64,000 nt of DNA from an uncultured Verrucomicrobiae bacterium. Its GTDB lineage: Bacteria > Verrucomicrobiota > Verrucomicrobiia > Chthoniobacterales > Chthoniobacteraceae. The notes beneath the pieces are model-generated. The model was given only the letters and a program-made list of their open reading frames with translations, was not told where the DNA came from and did not search any database. A program made the translations under genes and the position numbers. Positions 39,253-49,012 of this stretch are shown piece by piece. The DNA is taken from assembly GCA_963836755.1 (NCBI GenBank), contig CAWIKF010000002.1, positions 2,016,001 to 2,080,000 of the forward strand. Reading direction: 5' to 3'. The number at the start of each line of letters is the position of its first letter. Positions within the stretch are counted from its first letter, which is position 1.

Positions 39253-40338
39253 ATGTTCGCCACAATAGCCTCCGAAGAAACCGGGCATGAGCAATCCATG
39301 CGGCATTCGTCGCTTCCAGTCCTGATGCTCTCTACTGTCTATGCGGAGCATGCGCTCCGATCGGGATATGGCCTCCTGAGAGAGTATGTTCCCGGTGCAA
39401 AAATAATCACGGCACCGCGCAGCGATCCTGATTCGAAGTTCCTTCGACTTTGTGCTCGCGCTGCGCGGCGCTTTTCCTTTTCGCGATGGTATTTGGGAGG
39501 ATCGGCGCAACTGGAGTGGAAAGCGGCACAAGAACTACGGGCAGGTTTTGATGGGCCGATCCATTCGCTGTGGGCGGATCATGATCTCGGCTACCTGGAC
39601 CTCCTCCTTCACCCCAAGAACAAGCTTTGCGGCACCTTTCACAACTGCTCGGACACCTTGCCTAAAACAATCCGCTTTCCTTCTCGCCTCAAGAAGTTTG
39701 CTGCTATCATTTTGATGAGTAATACGCAGCGGCCATTTTTTTTACAATCAGGCGTCGGGCCCGCCAATTTGCATACAATACTCCACGGAGTCGACACTCA
39801 CTACTACACTCCGCGACCGCCCAAAGATGACTCCTTCAGTGTATTGTCGGTTGGAGGTTATCGTCGCAACTTTCCGCTCCTCGCTCAGGTTTGTGATTCC
39901 ATGAAAAGGCGGGATGGCATCCGATTCGTCGTTGTCGCTCCGTCCGCTTTTCGCTCGCTTTTCGCCAATCTGCCGAATGTGGAATTCCATTCCGGTATCA
40001 GCGATGCGAAGCTTCTGAGCTTGTATCAGTCAAGCTCGTGCCTCTTGCACGTGGCCGAAAACGCCACCGCGAACAATGCGGTCCTTGAGGCAATGGCTTG
40101 CGGATTGCCCATTATCTCGGAGCGACTGGGCGGAATCCCTGAGTATGTCACTCCACAATCTTCTATCCTGGTTGACGCTGGTAACGGCAATGCTATCGCC
40201 GCATCCGTAGAGCGACTATTCAGCTCGCACTCGCTCCAGTCAGAAATGCGTGACGCTTCAAGAAAAAGAGCAGAAGAATTGGATTGGAGCAAAGTAGCTG
40301 CCAAGACTGAAGAAGTGTATCGAACGCTACTAGACTGA
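39253..40338 (+). CDS. Glycosyltransferase family 4
   Basis: HGVD, NAVLEAMACGLP. Confidence 0.85.
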   Translation: MFATIASEETGHEQSMRHSSLPVLMLSTVYAEHALRSGYGLLREYVPGAKIITAPRSDPDSKFLRLCARAARRFSFSRWYLGGSAQLEWKAAQELRAGFDGPIHSLWADHDLGYLDLLLHPKNKLCGTFHNCSDTLPKTIRFPSRLKKFAAIILMSNTQRPFFLQSGVGPANLHTILHGVDTHYYTPRPPKDDSFSVLSVGGYRRNFPLLAQVCDSMKRRDGIRFVVVAPSAFRSLFANLPNVEFHSGISDAKLLSLYQSSSCLLHVAENATANNAVLEAMACGLPIISERLGGIPEYVTPQSSILVDAGNGNAIAASVERLFSSHSLQSEMRDASRKRAEELDWSKVAAKTEEVYRTLLD

Positions 40339-40348
40339 GGGCGGGATC

Positions 40349-41296
40349 ATGAGTCTCACGTGCGGCATTACCATAGCCACGCGCAACCGGAGGAAAGATC
40401 TCGAGCGCACCTGTATTGCCATCTCACAGCTAGATCCATCTCCAGATGAAGTTCTGATTTGTGCGGACGGTTGCACAGACGGGACGGTTGGTTATATCCG
40501 CGGTTCGTTTCCGGAGTTCACAGTTCTCGTTCATCGTGAAGCGCAGGGATCGATTGCGAGCCGGGATCAAATGATGCGCGCAGCCAAGAGCGACCTACTG
40601 CTTAGTCTCGACGACGACAGCCATCCGCTGGAGTTCGAGGCCATTAGTCGAATTAAGGAAATGTTCATGCGAAACCCGAGGCTTGCAGCAGTCACTTTTC
40701 CGCAACGCAGTGACGAATATCCCGAAACCCTCAGTCAGAACGATTTTGGTCCCGCGCATTTTGTAGGGACTTTCTCAAATGCGGGCACGGCGATCAAGCG
40801 AGAGTCGTTCATCAGACTTGGAGGTTATCCGGCAGAGTTCAAGCACATGTATGAAGAGCCAGACTTCGCCCTCCGCTGTGTCGCCGCCGGCTTGGAGGTA
40901 AAGTTCGAGCCGACAGTTACTATCCGCCATCACTATACGGGCGTGCAACGAAACGAGCTTCGCATTCACCAGCTCCATGCTAGAAATGAGATTTGGAGCG
41001 TGCTCATGCATTGCCCCTTTCCACAGCTGTTTGCCGTGCTGATGTTTCGGATAATGAGGCAACTGAGTTACGCTACTAAACGAGGACTTCGCTGGGTCTT
41101 CAGCGAGCCGCGATGGTGGCTCGACTGTTTGGCCGGGGTCGGCAGCATTGTTAAAAAAAGGCGGCCTATAAGCTGGCCCATCTATAAAGCTTGGATGGAG
41201 CTAGTGCGGAAGCCGATTTTTTCTGAGAGCGAATGGCTCGCACGCTTTCGCATCCCAGCCCAACAACCGGCTAACGTCTGCCCTGTTGATAAATAG
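40349..41296 (+). CDS. Glycosyltransferase family 2
   Basis: IATRNR, DGCTDGT, LDDD, EEPDFALR. Confidence 0.88.
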   Translation: MSLTCGITIATRNRRKDLERTCIAISQLDPSPDEVLICADGCTDGTVGYIRGSFPEFTVLVHREAQGSIASRDQMMRAAKSDLLLSLDDDSHPLEFEAISRIKEMFMRNPRLAAVTFPQRSDEYPETLSQNDFGPAHFVGTFSNAGTAIKRESFIRLGGYPAEFKHMYEEPDFALRCVAAGLEVKFEPTVTIRHHYTGVQRNELRIHQLHARNEIWSVLMHCPFPQLFAVLMFRIMRQLSYATKRGLRWVFSEPRWWLDCLAGVGSIVKKRRPISWPIYKAWMELVRKPIFSESEWLARFRIPAQQPANVCPVDK

Positions 41297-42857
41297 CTCT
41301 CAAAAGACGATTTGCCGGATCATCATACCAGCAATGAAACATCAGAATATCTCCATCACGGACTGCGGAAACTAGTTCGTCTTTGCGTTGATCGATAGGC
41401 CCACCAGGAGCATAGATCACGCTGAAGGCTTGAGGATAAACCGAACGAACATCGGCCGGAGTCTGCGCCACTCCTCTCTGCACAAAGGAGTTGTAAGGCG
41501 CCGTCATTGTATAGTAGCGAAGGTTCTTGTGCTCCGGGATGAGCAGCACATCTGGAAAAGCCTTCGCCACCTTCGCGAAGATATCTGCCGACATCGGGAC
41601 ATTTGGGTCTCCATTCGAATCGATATAGAAAAGGGTGCATCCCCATTGCTTTCTAGCGTAAGCGATTTTCTCGATAAGAGTGGCGGCTGGATCATTTACG
41701 GCTTTTTGGAAGGCCTTGGCACCATGCTCATCCGTCACAAAGCGTTGCGGGCGAAGGCAGACTCCGACACGAAGGCCAGCGGCTGCGAATTTCGCAAAAA
41801 ACTCATTCACGCAGGCATGCATTTCCGGCGGGAGAAAGCGAGGATCTCCGACATAGCTGACCGGGTGCGGAAACTGCTCGCCTTCGACGTCCCAGACGAT
41901 GACTCCTTGGGCACCCATGTGGTCAGCGATGCGTATACTGTCTTTCGCGTATCGCATTAATCTTGTGCGGAACGCAGCTATCCCGGCTTCGCCTTGGAAA
42001 TCCAGTAATGACTCGTAGAACCATCCGCGCGGATTTGACGGAGATGCCGCCTCGTGACTGCAAAGAAAGAGCGCGCCGATAGGTCTCCGATCCGCCCATT
42101 TTAGTCGGAACGGATAGGCTTCATTAAACTTCTGATAGATATCTGCAGCAACATTACGCGCGGCAACTCCCGACGAAGCAAAACGCAACGACAGCCGGTA
42201 ATGATCTTGTCCTCCGGGCGCGATGGGTCGGCAAATCACAGAGTCGAGGAGTGGTGAAAGCCAGCCAATGTTCATTGAACTCACCCAGAGCGGCCGTTCG
42301 GTGACGGAAAGCCGGCCCGGAAATCCTAAAAGGAGAGGTCGTTCGATCTCTTCGTTACAGACTGCCACTTCGCCAGCGCCGAAATCTACTACGTCGACCG
42401 AGGGCTCGCCGACATTGCTCACAAGATGAGGAAAATTCAGCACCCAACCCTTCGGAATTTGCGGCCAGTCAAAGTCCATTAACTGGAGAGAAATTCCTCG
42501 AAGAATTTGTTTCGAGTTATTCTGGACGCCGACGACCATATCGAGCCTGTCCGAATCGGGCTTGTAGGAACAGGTTACTGTCCCCCACGGATACGTTTGT
42601 TTTATCGTTTCACTCGCCGCATCGAAAGCCGTCTCTTTTTTCTCGGGATCTGCTGTGATGATCTTCCCGCTGGAGTCACAAAATTGCGCGTCAACTACGG
42701 AAAAGTCTCCATTTTTCAATAGCTCGGAACCTTTCCAACGCAACGACTCCAGACCTTTCTCGCCGAGTTTGACGGCGAGTCCATCGGCGGATCCCGTGAA
42801 AGGCACTGCGAGAAAAAACGCCAGCCATCCACTGCAAATCAGCCTGCTTAAGGACAT
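41271..42857 (-). CDS. Secreted hypothetical protein, possible glycoside-hydrolase-like TIM barrel
   Basis: 528-aa ORF with signal peptide; WDVEGE, GVCLRP, FYIDSN, LLIPEH. Confidence 0.6.
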   Translation of the reverse strand: MSLSRLICSGWLAFFLAVPFTGSADGLAVKLGEKGLESLRWKGSELLKNGDFSVVDAQFCDSSGKIITADPEKKETAFDAASETIKQTYPWGTVTCSYKPDSDRLDMVVGVQNNSKQILRGISLQLMDFDWPQIPKGWVLNFPHLVSNVGEPSVDVVDFGAGEVAVCNEEIERPLLLGFPGRLSVTERPLWVSSMNIGWLSPLLDSVICRPIAPGGQDHYRLSLRFASSGVAARNVAADIYQKFNEAYPFRLKWADRRPIGALFLCSHEAASPSNPRGWFYESLLDFQGEAGIAAFRTRLMRYAKDSIRIADHMGAQGVIVWDVEGEQFPHPVSYVGDPRFLPPEMHACVNEFFAKFAAAGLRVGVCLRPQRFVTDEHGAKAFQKAVNDPAATLIEKIAYARKQWGCTLFYIDSNGDPNVPMSADIFAKVAKAFPDVLLIPEHKNLRYYTMTAPYNSFVQRGVAQTPADVRSVYPQAFSVIYAPGGPIDQRKDELVSAVRDGDILMFHCWYDDPANRLLRAIYQQGRR

Positions 42858-42943
42858 TCCGGAGGATTAGCAGGCTTCGAGGAAAAACCAATGTGGAAAA
42901 CTTTAGACGGAGGCATGATCCCGGCTACTATTCTGTCAGAACG

Positions 42944-44149
42944 ATGAAAACGATCTGCTGCCAACTCGGAGCGCGTGAGCATTACGCGATCCCGCGCGCG
43001 CTGCATGCATCGCAGTCTCTTCACAGCATGATTACCGACGCGTGGATCCGTCCCGATTCCGTCTTCACAAAGCTTCCCTTCACCCCCCGCGGTCTCATCG
43101 AACGATACGAATCGGCACTTGCTACGGCAAACGTTAGCGCCTTCACCAACTCGTTGCTCCGGTTTGAAGCTAAACAGACTCTTCTGCGTCGCGCCGGATG
43201 GAGTAGGATTATTGCGCGGAACGGCTGGTTTCAGAACAAAGCCCTAAAGGCTTTACGAGACGCCGCTCAAGATGGGCTGACGCTGTTCACATATAGCTAT
43301 GCAGGATTGAAGCTGTTGCGCTACGCGAAGGAGCGCAACTGGCGAACCGTCCTCAGCCAAATCGATGCTGGGCCAGTCGCTGATGAAGTCGTAAAATCCG
43401 AGTATGCAAAAAACTGCCGTTTCGGGATGCGACAGAACTCGCCTCCGAAGGCGTATTGGGAAGCATGGCGGGAAGAGTGCACGCTGGCAGATCGGATCGT
43501 CGTAAATTCCGACTGGTCTTCGGAGGCGTTGAAGCAAGTCGGCGTCCCATCAGGAAAGCTTGCGGTCATTCCGCTCGCGTTCGATCCGACTTCAGAAATG
43601 CAAAACTTTCAGAGGCGCTATCCTGCTGCCTTTTCAGCGCAGAGGCCCATGCGAGTGCTATTCTTGGGAAGTATCACTTTGGAAAAGGGACTTGCTGCGT
43701 TGCTTGATGCCGCGAAGATGGTCGCGAGCGAGGCTATCGAGTTCTGGATGGTGGGCGACGCGACGCCTGGCATACCTTCGGAGTTTCTGAATTCGCCTCG
43801 CTTCCGCTGGTTCGGAAAGGTAAACAGAAGTTGCGTCCACGAATTCTACCGCGACGCCGATACATTCCTTTTTCCGACGCTGTCGGATGGGTTTGGCATG
43901 ACCCAATTGGAAGCCCAAGCCTGGAAACTACCGGTCATTGCTTCGAAATTCTGCGGAGAAGTGGTAAACGACGACATTAATGGCTTTCGACTTCCTGAGG
44001 TCACCGGCACCGCTATAGCGACAATATTGATGCAATGCTATCGCAAGCCGGAGTTACTGGAAGCATTAGCCAGCGCCAGCGGTATAGCCGATAAATTTTC
44101 ACTCGATTTCCTCTCGAAGAGATTAACTTCAGAACTATCCAATGATTAG
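42944..44149 (+). CDS. Glycosyltransferase family 4
   Basis: GAREHY, FLGSITLEKG, PTLSDGFGMTQLEA. Confidence 0.88.
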   Translation: MKTICCQLGAREHYAIPRALHASQSLHSMITDAWIRPDSVFTKLPFTPRGLIERYESALATANVSAFTNSLLRFEAKQTLLRRAGWSRIIARNGWFQNKALKALRDAAQDGLTLFTYSYAGLKLLRYAKERNWRTVLSQIDAGPVADEVVKSEYAKNCRFGMRQNSPPKAYWEAWREECTLADRIVVNSDWSSEALKQVGVPSGKLAVIPLAFDPTSEMQNFQRRYPAAFSAQRPMRVLFLGSITLEKGLAALLDAAKMVASEAIEFWMVGDATPGIPSEFLNSPRFRWFGKVNRSCVHEFYRDADTFLFPTLSDGFGMTQLEAQAWKLPVIASKFCGEVVNDDINGFRLPEVTGTAIATILMQCYRKPELLEALASASGIADKFSLDFLSKRLTSELSND

Positions 44150-45509
44150 CTGGGCGTGGATCGCGATTGCGCAAGGAACTCTCATAGCTGCCAGCATTTG
44201 GTGGCTCTGGAAGCGGAACGATGAGTTTTTAACGATCGTCAACGTGATGATCGCGTATTTTTCTTCCTACCGATTCTACGCTGTGCATCACCTGCAGCTT
44301 GGCTGGATTGACCTCGCGAACTTTAGCGTGCCGCCGATCACCGACGCAAAGGCATTGCTAGCATTGAACTTCATTTTCCTAGGTCAGACCGCGCTATGTC
44401 TCGCATATGCTACTGCGCAAAATAAGACGATCGCACTCCTGAAGCCAGAGATCAGCCCGACCATCGTGAAATGGCTGCGGCCAAAGATAATGTGGCTTGG
44501 CTTCATCAGTCTGCCCGTGGTCGTTTTTGTCAAAGCCTATGTGGACAGGCAGCTCGAGAACGGCGTAATGCAGGCCTATGGCATGTCAGCATACCTTTAT
44601 CAGTTTCCACTCATGCTGCTGGGCCTTGTGACTTTGCTGATCGCGCTCTGGCGTCTGGGAGGTTTGCCGTCGCGGAAGCATCAGCTCTTTCTCCTGGTTT
44701 TCATCGCTGGCGTCGCATGGCTTACTTATGGACCAGAGGGTAGGTTTCAGTTCCTCGGATGGATGGCTGCTGCCAGCATAGTGTTGGGATCGACAATGAC
44801 TTTCAAAAGTAAGCTGCTGATGGCAGGAGTCGCGGGCGCATTGATGCTAGGGATGTTTACCTTTGCCGGGGCTATGAGAGACTTCGATTCAGATCAGCGC
44901 AATGAAGCGATGTTCGCGCGCGCCATCGCTGCCGAGGATGCGAATATGCTAGACGGCTTTGTCATATCCGCGATGCCTTACGGCACTTTGTTTCCCTACC
45001 GTTACGGAGGGGAGCATCTAGGCGTGCTGCTTCGCATCATTCCTCGGGCATGGTGGCCAGACAAGCCAATCAGCGGCGGAGACTTTGCCCGCATCTATGG
45101 GCTCAATGACCCTGGCAATAATTTCACGCTCGGTTTTTCACCTTCCTTGTTCGGCTCTTTCTATATCGAAGGCGGCGCAATTGGGATTATCCTATTTTCG
45201 ATTATCTACGGCCTTGGGGCTGGGAAGCTCATGGCATTTAGTCAAAAGGTGAAACCTTTCGCGGGCGTCATCATGCGAGCTGTGCTTTGCGCTTCTTGCA
45301 TTCCTTTGCTTCGCGGCGGAGATCTCGCCGGCATTTACGCATGGATTGGCATGGCTTTTTGGCCGTGCTTCGGCACGTGCTGGTTCCTGAGAGAAGAAAT
45401 GGGGTTCGTTCACGCTAAGCCGCAAAGATTCTCTCCGATTCATCGACGCCGCCGTTCCGCGGCCGGCCGCGTCTACGCATCCTGTGGTTGCTGCGAATAC
45501 TTCAGTTGA
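44142..45509 (+). CDS. Putative Wzy-type repeat-unit polymerase
   Basis: About 10 TM segments; IPRAWWPDKP, GSFYIEGG, LRGG motifs. Confidence 0.65.
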   Translation: MISWAWIAIAQGTLIAASIWWLWKRNDEFLTIVNVMIAYFSSYRFYAVHHLQLGWIDLANFSVPPITDAKALLALNFIFLGQTALCLAYATAQNKTIALLKPEISPTIVKWLRPKIMWLGFISLPVVVFVKAYVDRQLENGVMQAYGMSAYLYQFPLMLLGLVTLLIALWRLGGLPSRKHQLFLLVFIAGVAWLTYGPEGRFQFLGWMAAASIVLGSTMTFKSKLLMAGVAGALMLGMFTFAGAMRDFDSDQRNEAMFARAIAAEDANMLDGFVISAMPYGTLFPYRYGGEHLGVLLRIIPRAWWPDKPISGGDFARIYGLNDPGNNFTLGFSPSLFGSFYIEGGAIGIILFSIIYGLGAGKLMAFSQKVKPFAGVIMRAVLCASCIPLLRGGDLAGIYAWIGMAFWPCFGTCWFLREEMGFVHAKPQRFSPIHRRRRSAAGRVYASCGCCEYFS

Positions 45510-45529
45510 AGCTAAGGTTCCCAAAACTC

Positions 45530-46768
45530 ATGCACGTCGCCGTTGTATTTGAAAACATCGGCGGTTATCACGCTGCACGGTTGCTTGCGGCCTATCAAAT
45601 GTGCCAGAAGCGCGGATGGGAAATGACAGCTATTCAAATCACAGATCATCAAGGACAACATCCATGGGGAAAAATAGAGTCCTTGGGCTTTCCTGTTAGA
45701 ACCGTTCATTCTTCCCCTGATGGAAAACGAGAAACCCATGAGCGCCTTGGCCAGAGCGGAAAACTCCTCAAAAGTTTGCTCGATTCCCTCGGGCCTAATG
45801 TGGTAGCGATTCCCGGTTGGGGCTTTGATTATTCCCGCGCGGCATTGACCTGGTGCCGCCGCAACCGGGCCCGTGCAGTATTGATGAGTGAAAGTAAACA
45901 AGATGACGAGCGGCGAACGCCTTGGAAGGAGTGGCTAAAGAAGCAGTTGTTCGTCCGCTTCTTTTCCTCCGCAGTAGTAGGAGCGAAAAGTCATCAGCAA
46001 TACCTTTCCAAGCTAGGAATGAAGGACACGCAGATTTTTTTTGGCTATGACGTGGTAGATAACGATTACTTCGCCAAAGCCGCCAAACTTGCTCGCGACA
46101 AGAGCGGGATGACACGCTTGCAATCTCTTGGCATTCCTAAGCGGCCATACTTCCTTGCGATGACACGGTTGATTCCGCGTAAAAATGTGGAGCGCCTTGT
46201 CTCCGCCTTCTCTTCCTATCGGACTGACGCAAAAGTTGACGCTCCGTGGGATCTTGTCATCTGCGGAAGTGGCATCCAGGAGAAGGTTATTCGCGAGGTG
46301 ATTCAAGCGAATGGCCTGGATTCCTTCGTGCATCTTCCCGGTTTTATTCCGTATGAACATGTCGGCGCCTGGTATGGTTTGGCGTCCGCTTTCATTCATC
46401 CTGCCATGCAAGAACAGTGGGGACTGGTTATCAACGAAGCATGCGCAGCCTCCCTCCCGATTTTATGCAGCCGCACAGTCGGTGCAGCTTCAGAACTAGT
46501 TCGTGAAGGAACGAACGGATATCTTTTTGATCCATTGGACACAGGAGCGATCGCCTACGCACTAGTAAAGATGCATCAGCTTTCGGAAGACGAACGCCTC
46601 CAGATGGGAGAAAGCAGCGCGCGAATAGTGGCGCAATTTACGCCGCAGCACTTTGCTGAAGGATTAATGCAAGCCATTGCTACTGGATCCATAAGCCTCG
46701 ATGCTTCATCGACTGTTTCAGCTCCACATTCAGACGGTTCGGTTTTATCTTACGATAGCAAAAGCTAA
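45530..46768 (+). CDS. Glycosyltransferase family 4
   Basis: GGYHAARL, RLIPRKN, EQWGLVINEA. Confidence 0.88.
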   Translation: MHVAVVFENIGGYHAARLLAAYQMCQKRGWEMTAIQITDHQGQHPWGKIESLGFPVRTVHSSPDGKRETHERLGQSGKLLKSLLDSLGPNVVAIPGWGFDYSRAALTWCRRNRARAVLMSESKQDDERRTPWKEWLKKQLFVRFFSSAVVGAKSHQQYLSKLGMKDTQIFFGYDVVDNDYFAKAAKLARDKSGMTRLQSLGIPKRPYFLAMTRLIPRKNVERLVSAFSSYRTDAKVDAPWDLVICGSGIQEKVIREVIQANGLDSFVHLPGFIPYEHVGAWYGLASAFIHPAMQEQWGLVINEACAASLPILCSRTVGAASELVREGTNGYLFDPLDTGAIAYALVKMHQLSEDERLQMGESSARIVAQFTPQHFAEGLMQAIATGSISLDASSTVSAPHSDGSVLSYDSKS

Positions 46769-46791
46769 CATTACCTCTGCACGACTCTGAC

Positions 46792-47964
46792 ATGCGCGTG
46801 ACTACTTTGACGCCGAGCTTGAGCAGAGCTGGAGGGGGAGTATCCGAAAGTGCGCGTCGGCTGGCGCAGTCACTTGGAGATCAAGCGGGTATCGAGATCA
46901 ATGTGTTGGGGTTGAAGGATCGATACATGCAAGAGGATCTGACTTTATGGACTCCGTTGAGGCCAACTGGATGCGCAGTCATGGGGCCTGCGGCATTTGG
47001 CTATTCTCCGGAGATGAAGCAAGGTCTGGAAGCAAGCGATCCTGATCTTATTCACGTGCACGGCCTATGGATGTATCCCTCTGTGATTGCAGCACACAGG
47101 GCTGCCGGGACAGGAAAACCGAACGTCGTTACTGTGCACGGTATGCTGGAACCATGGGCATTGAAGAATGCGCGGCTCAAGAAATCGATTGCCGCACACT
47201 TATACGAGAATCGCCACCTCCGAGGAGCGGCATGCGTTCACGCACTTTGTGTGCAAGAGGCACAAACTATTCGAGCATACGGCTTAAAGAATCCAGTATG
47301 TCTTATTCCCAATGGCGTAGATCTGCCGGTCAAGAGGAACCCTATGCCTCCCCCTTGGAAAGAGAAGTTCTCCAGCGAAAATGTTCTTCTCTACTTGGGC
47401 AGAATTCACCCAAAGAAGGGAGTCATGACGCTATTACGGAGTTGGCGTATTTTGAAAACGAGAAACAGAGCTGAACTTCAAAAATGGCGGCTCGTCATTG
47501 CCGGTTGGGATCAAGGAGGGCACGAGAACGAGTTGAAAGCTTTGTGCTCTGGCCTTGATATGGATGAAGAAGTCTTTTTTGCAGGGCCAATGTTTGGCGC
47601 TGAAAAATCCTCGGCGTTGCAGAGCGCGGCCGCCTTTGTCCTTCCGTCGTTGAGTGAAGGACTGCCATTGGTGGTGCTGGAGGCTTGGTCGCACGGGTTG
47701 CCAGCAGTGATGACGCCCGCTTGTAACCTGCCTGAGGGCTTTGAGTCTTCCGCGGCTATACGCGTAGAGCCGGAACCGGAAAGTCTGGCGCAAGGACTAC
47801 TCGCACTCGTTCAAATGACGGTAGAAGAACGCCGCGAGATGGGTGAGCGCGGGAAGCGCCTGGTCATGCAGCGATTTCTTTGGCCAAAAGTTGCTGACAA
47901 GATGAGAGCCGTTTATGATTGGCTGCTCGGCTGCGCGCCGAAGCCCGAATGCATCTTTGACTAG
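46792..47964 (+). CDS. Glycosyltransferase family 4
   Basis: HGMLEPW, LGRIHPKKG, SEGLPLVVLEA. Confidence 0.9.
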   Translation: MRVTTLTPSLSRAGGGVSESARRLAQSLGDQAGIEINVLGLKDRYMQEDLTLWTPLRPTGCAVMGPAAFGYSPEMKQGLEASDPDLIHVHGLWMYPSVIAAHRAAGTGKPNVVTVHGMLEPWALKNARLKKSIAAHLYENRHLRGAACVHALCVQEAQTIRAYGLKNPVCLIPNGVDLPVKRNPMPPPWKEKFSSENVLLYLGRIHPKKGVMTLLRSWRILKTRNRAELQKWRLVIAGWDQGGHENELKALCSGLDMDEEVFFAGPMFGAEKSSALQSAAAFVLPSLSEGLPLVVLEAWSHGLPAVMTPACNLPEGFESSAAIRVEPEPESLAQGLLALVQMTVEERREMGERGKRLVMQRFLWPKVADKMRAVYDWLLGCAPKPECIFD

Positions 47965-47970
47965 GACCCG

Positions 47971-48988
47971 ATGAATCGATCCCGACACCGTCTCCGGAGC
48001 ATAGTTAGGTATCTAGTTCTTCCACTAGTTCTGCTTCTTACTGTGTCGGATCTATTACTTCGATTCGTCTGGGGATTTGGAACGCCGCCCTTGCTGGTCA
48101 AGGATTCGGCGAGCGGTTACTTCTACAAGGCAGACCAGAAGGTCTGGCGCTTTGGCCATCTCATAAAAATCAATCATTTTCATCAGCGTTCGGATGATGT
48201 TGCTCCAACGCCTTCTCATTCGACTTTGCGCCTCCTGTTCGTTGGAGATTCAGTTACTTTTGGAGGAGCTCTGCTGGACCAGAAGCAGATCTACACGGAA
48301 CTCGTTAAGGATCGTCTCCGACAGACTCTCAAGCAACCAGTCGAAGTTTTGAATGCATCCACTGGTGCGTGGAATCCAGGGAACGAATGGGGATATATGG
48401 AAACGCAGGGCACTTTTGGCAGTAAGATTGTTGTGCTGCAGATCGGTTCTCACGATTTGTTGAAAGGTAAGACTCCATCTGACTTTGTCGGCACCGATCC
48501 GGACATGCCTGATCATGCTCCGGCCTGTGCCTTGAGTGAGCTTCTCTTTCGCTATCTCATTCCCCGGATTCAAGGGATATGAACATCCTGCCGCGGCAGA
48601 TACCCCACCCTATGCAGGACCTCCAACGGACGTCGAAAAGTCTTTCGAAGGTAATATGCGGTGCGTTTTCAACGAAGTAGATATGGCGCGCAAGTCTGGA
48701 GCGAATGTGTCTGTGATCCATACTGCCGATCGCAATGAGGTAACCCCAGTGGATGGACAACCGTTGGTTGAAGCCTATGCGCCTTGGAGGGCTCGTTTTC
48801 TCGTTCTATGTGAGAAGCAGAATGTCCCGGTATTGAACCTCGCAGAGCAATGGAAAGGCAAACCGGAAGCAGCAACATACTACCGCGACGTTGTCCATCT
48901 AACCGCTGCCGGCAACAGAGAAGTCGCCGACGCCTATCTTAATTTCTTTGAAGAGCAGCGGAGGAAGGATTCGGCGCTTGCGAAATGA
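47971..48988 (+). pseudogene. SGNH/GDSL hydrolase split by a single frameshift near 48566
   Basis: GDSVT and GSHD blocks in 47971..48582; DVVH block in overlapping ORF 48536..48988. Confidence 0.75.
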
Positions 48989-49012
48989 CTTTGACCCCGG
49001 TCGCGGGCTAGC

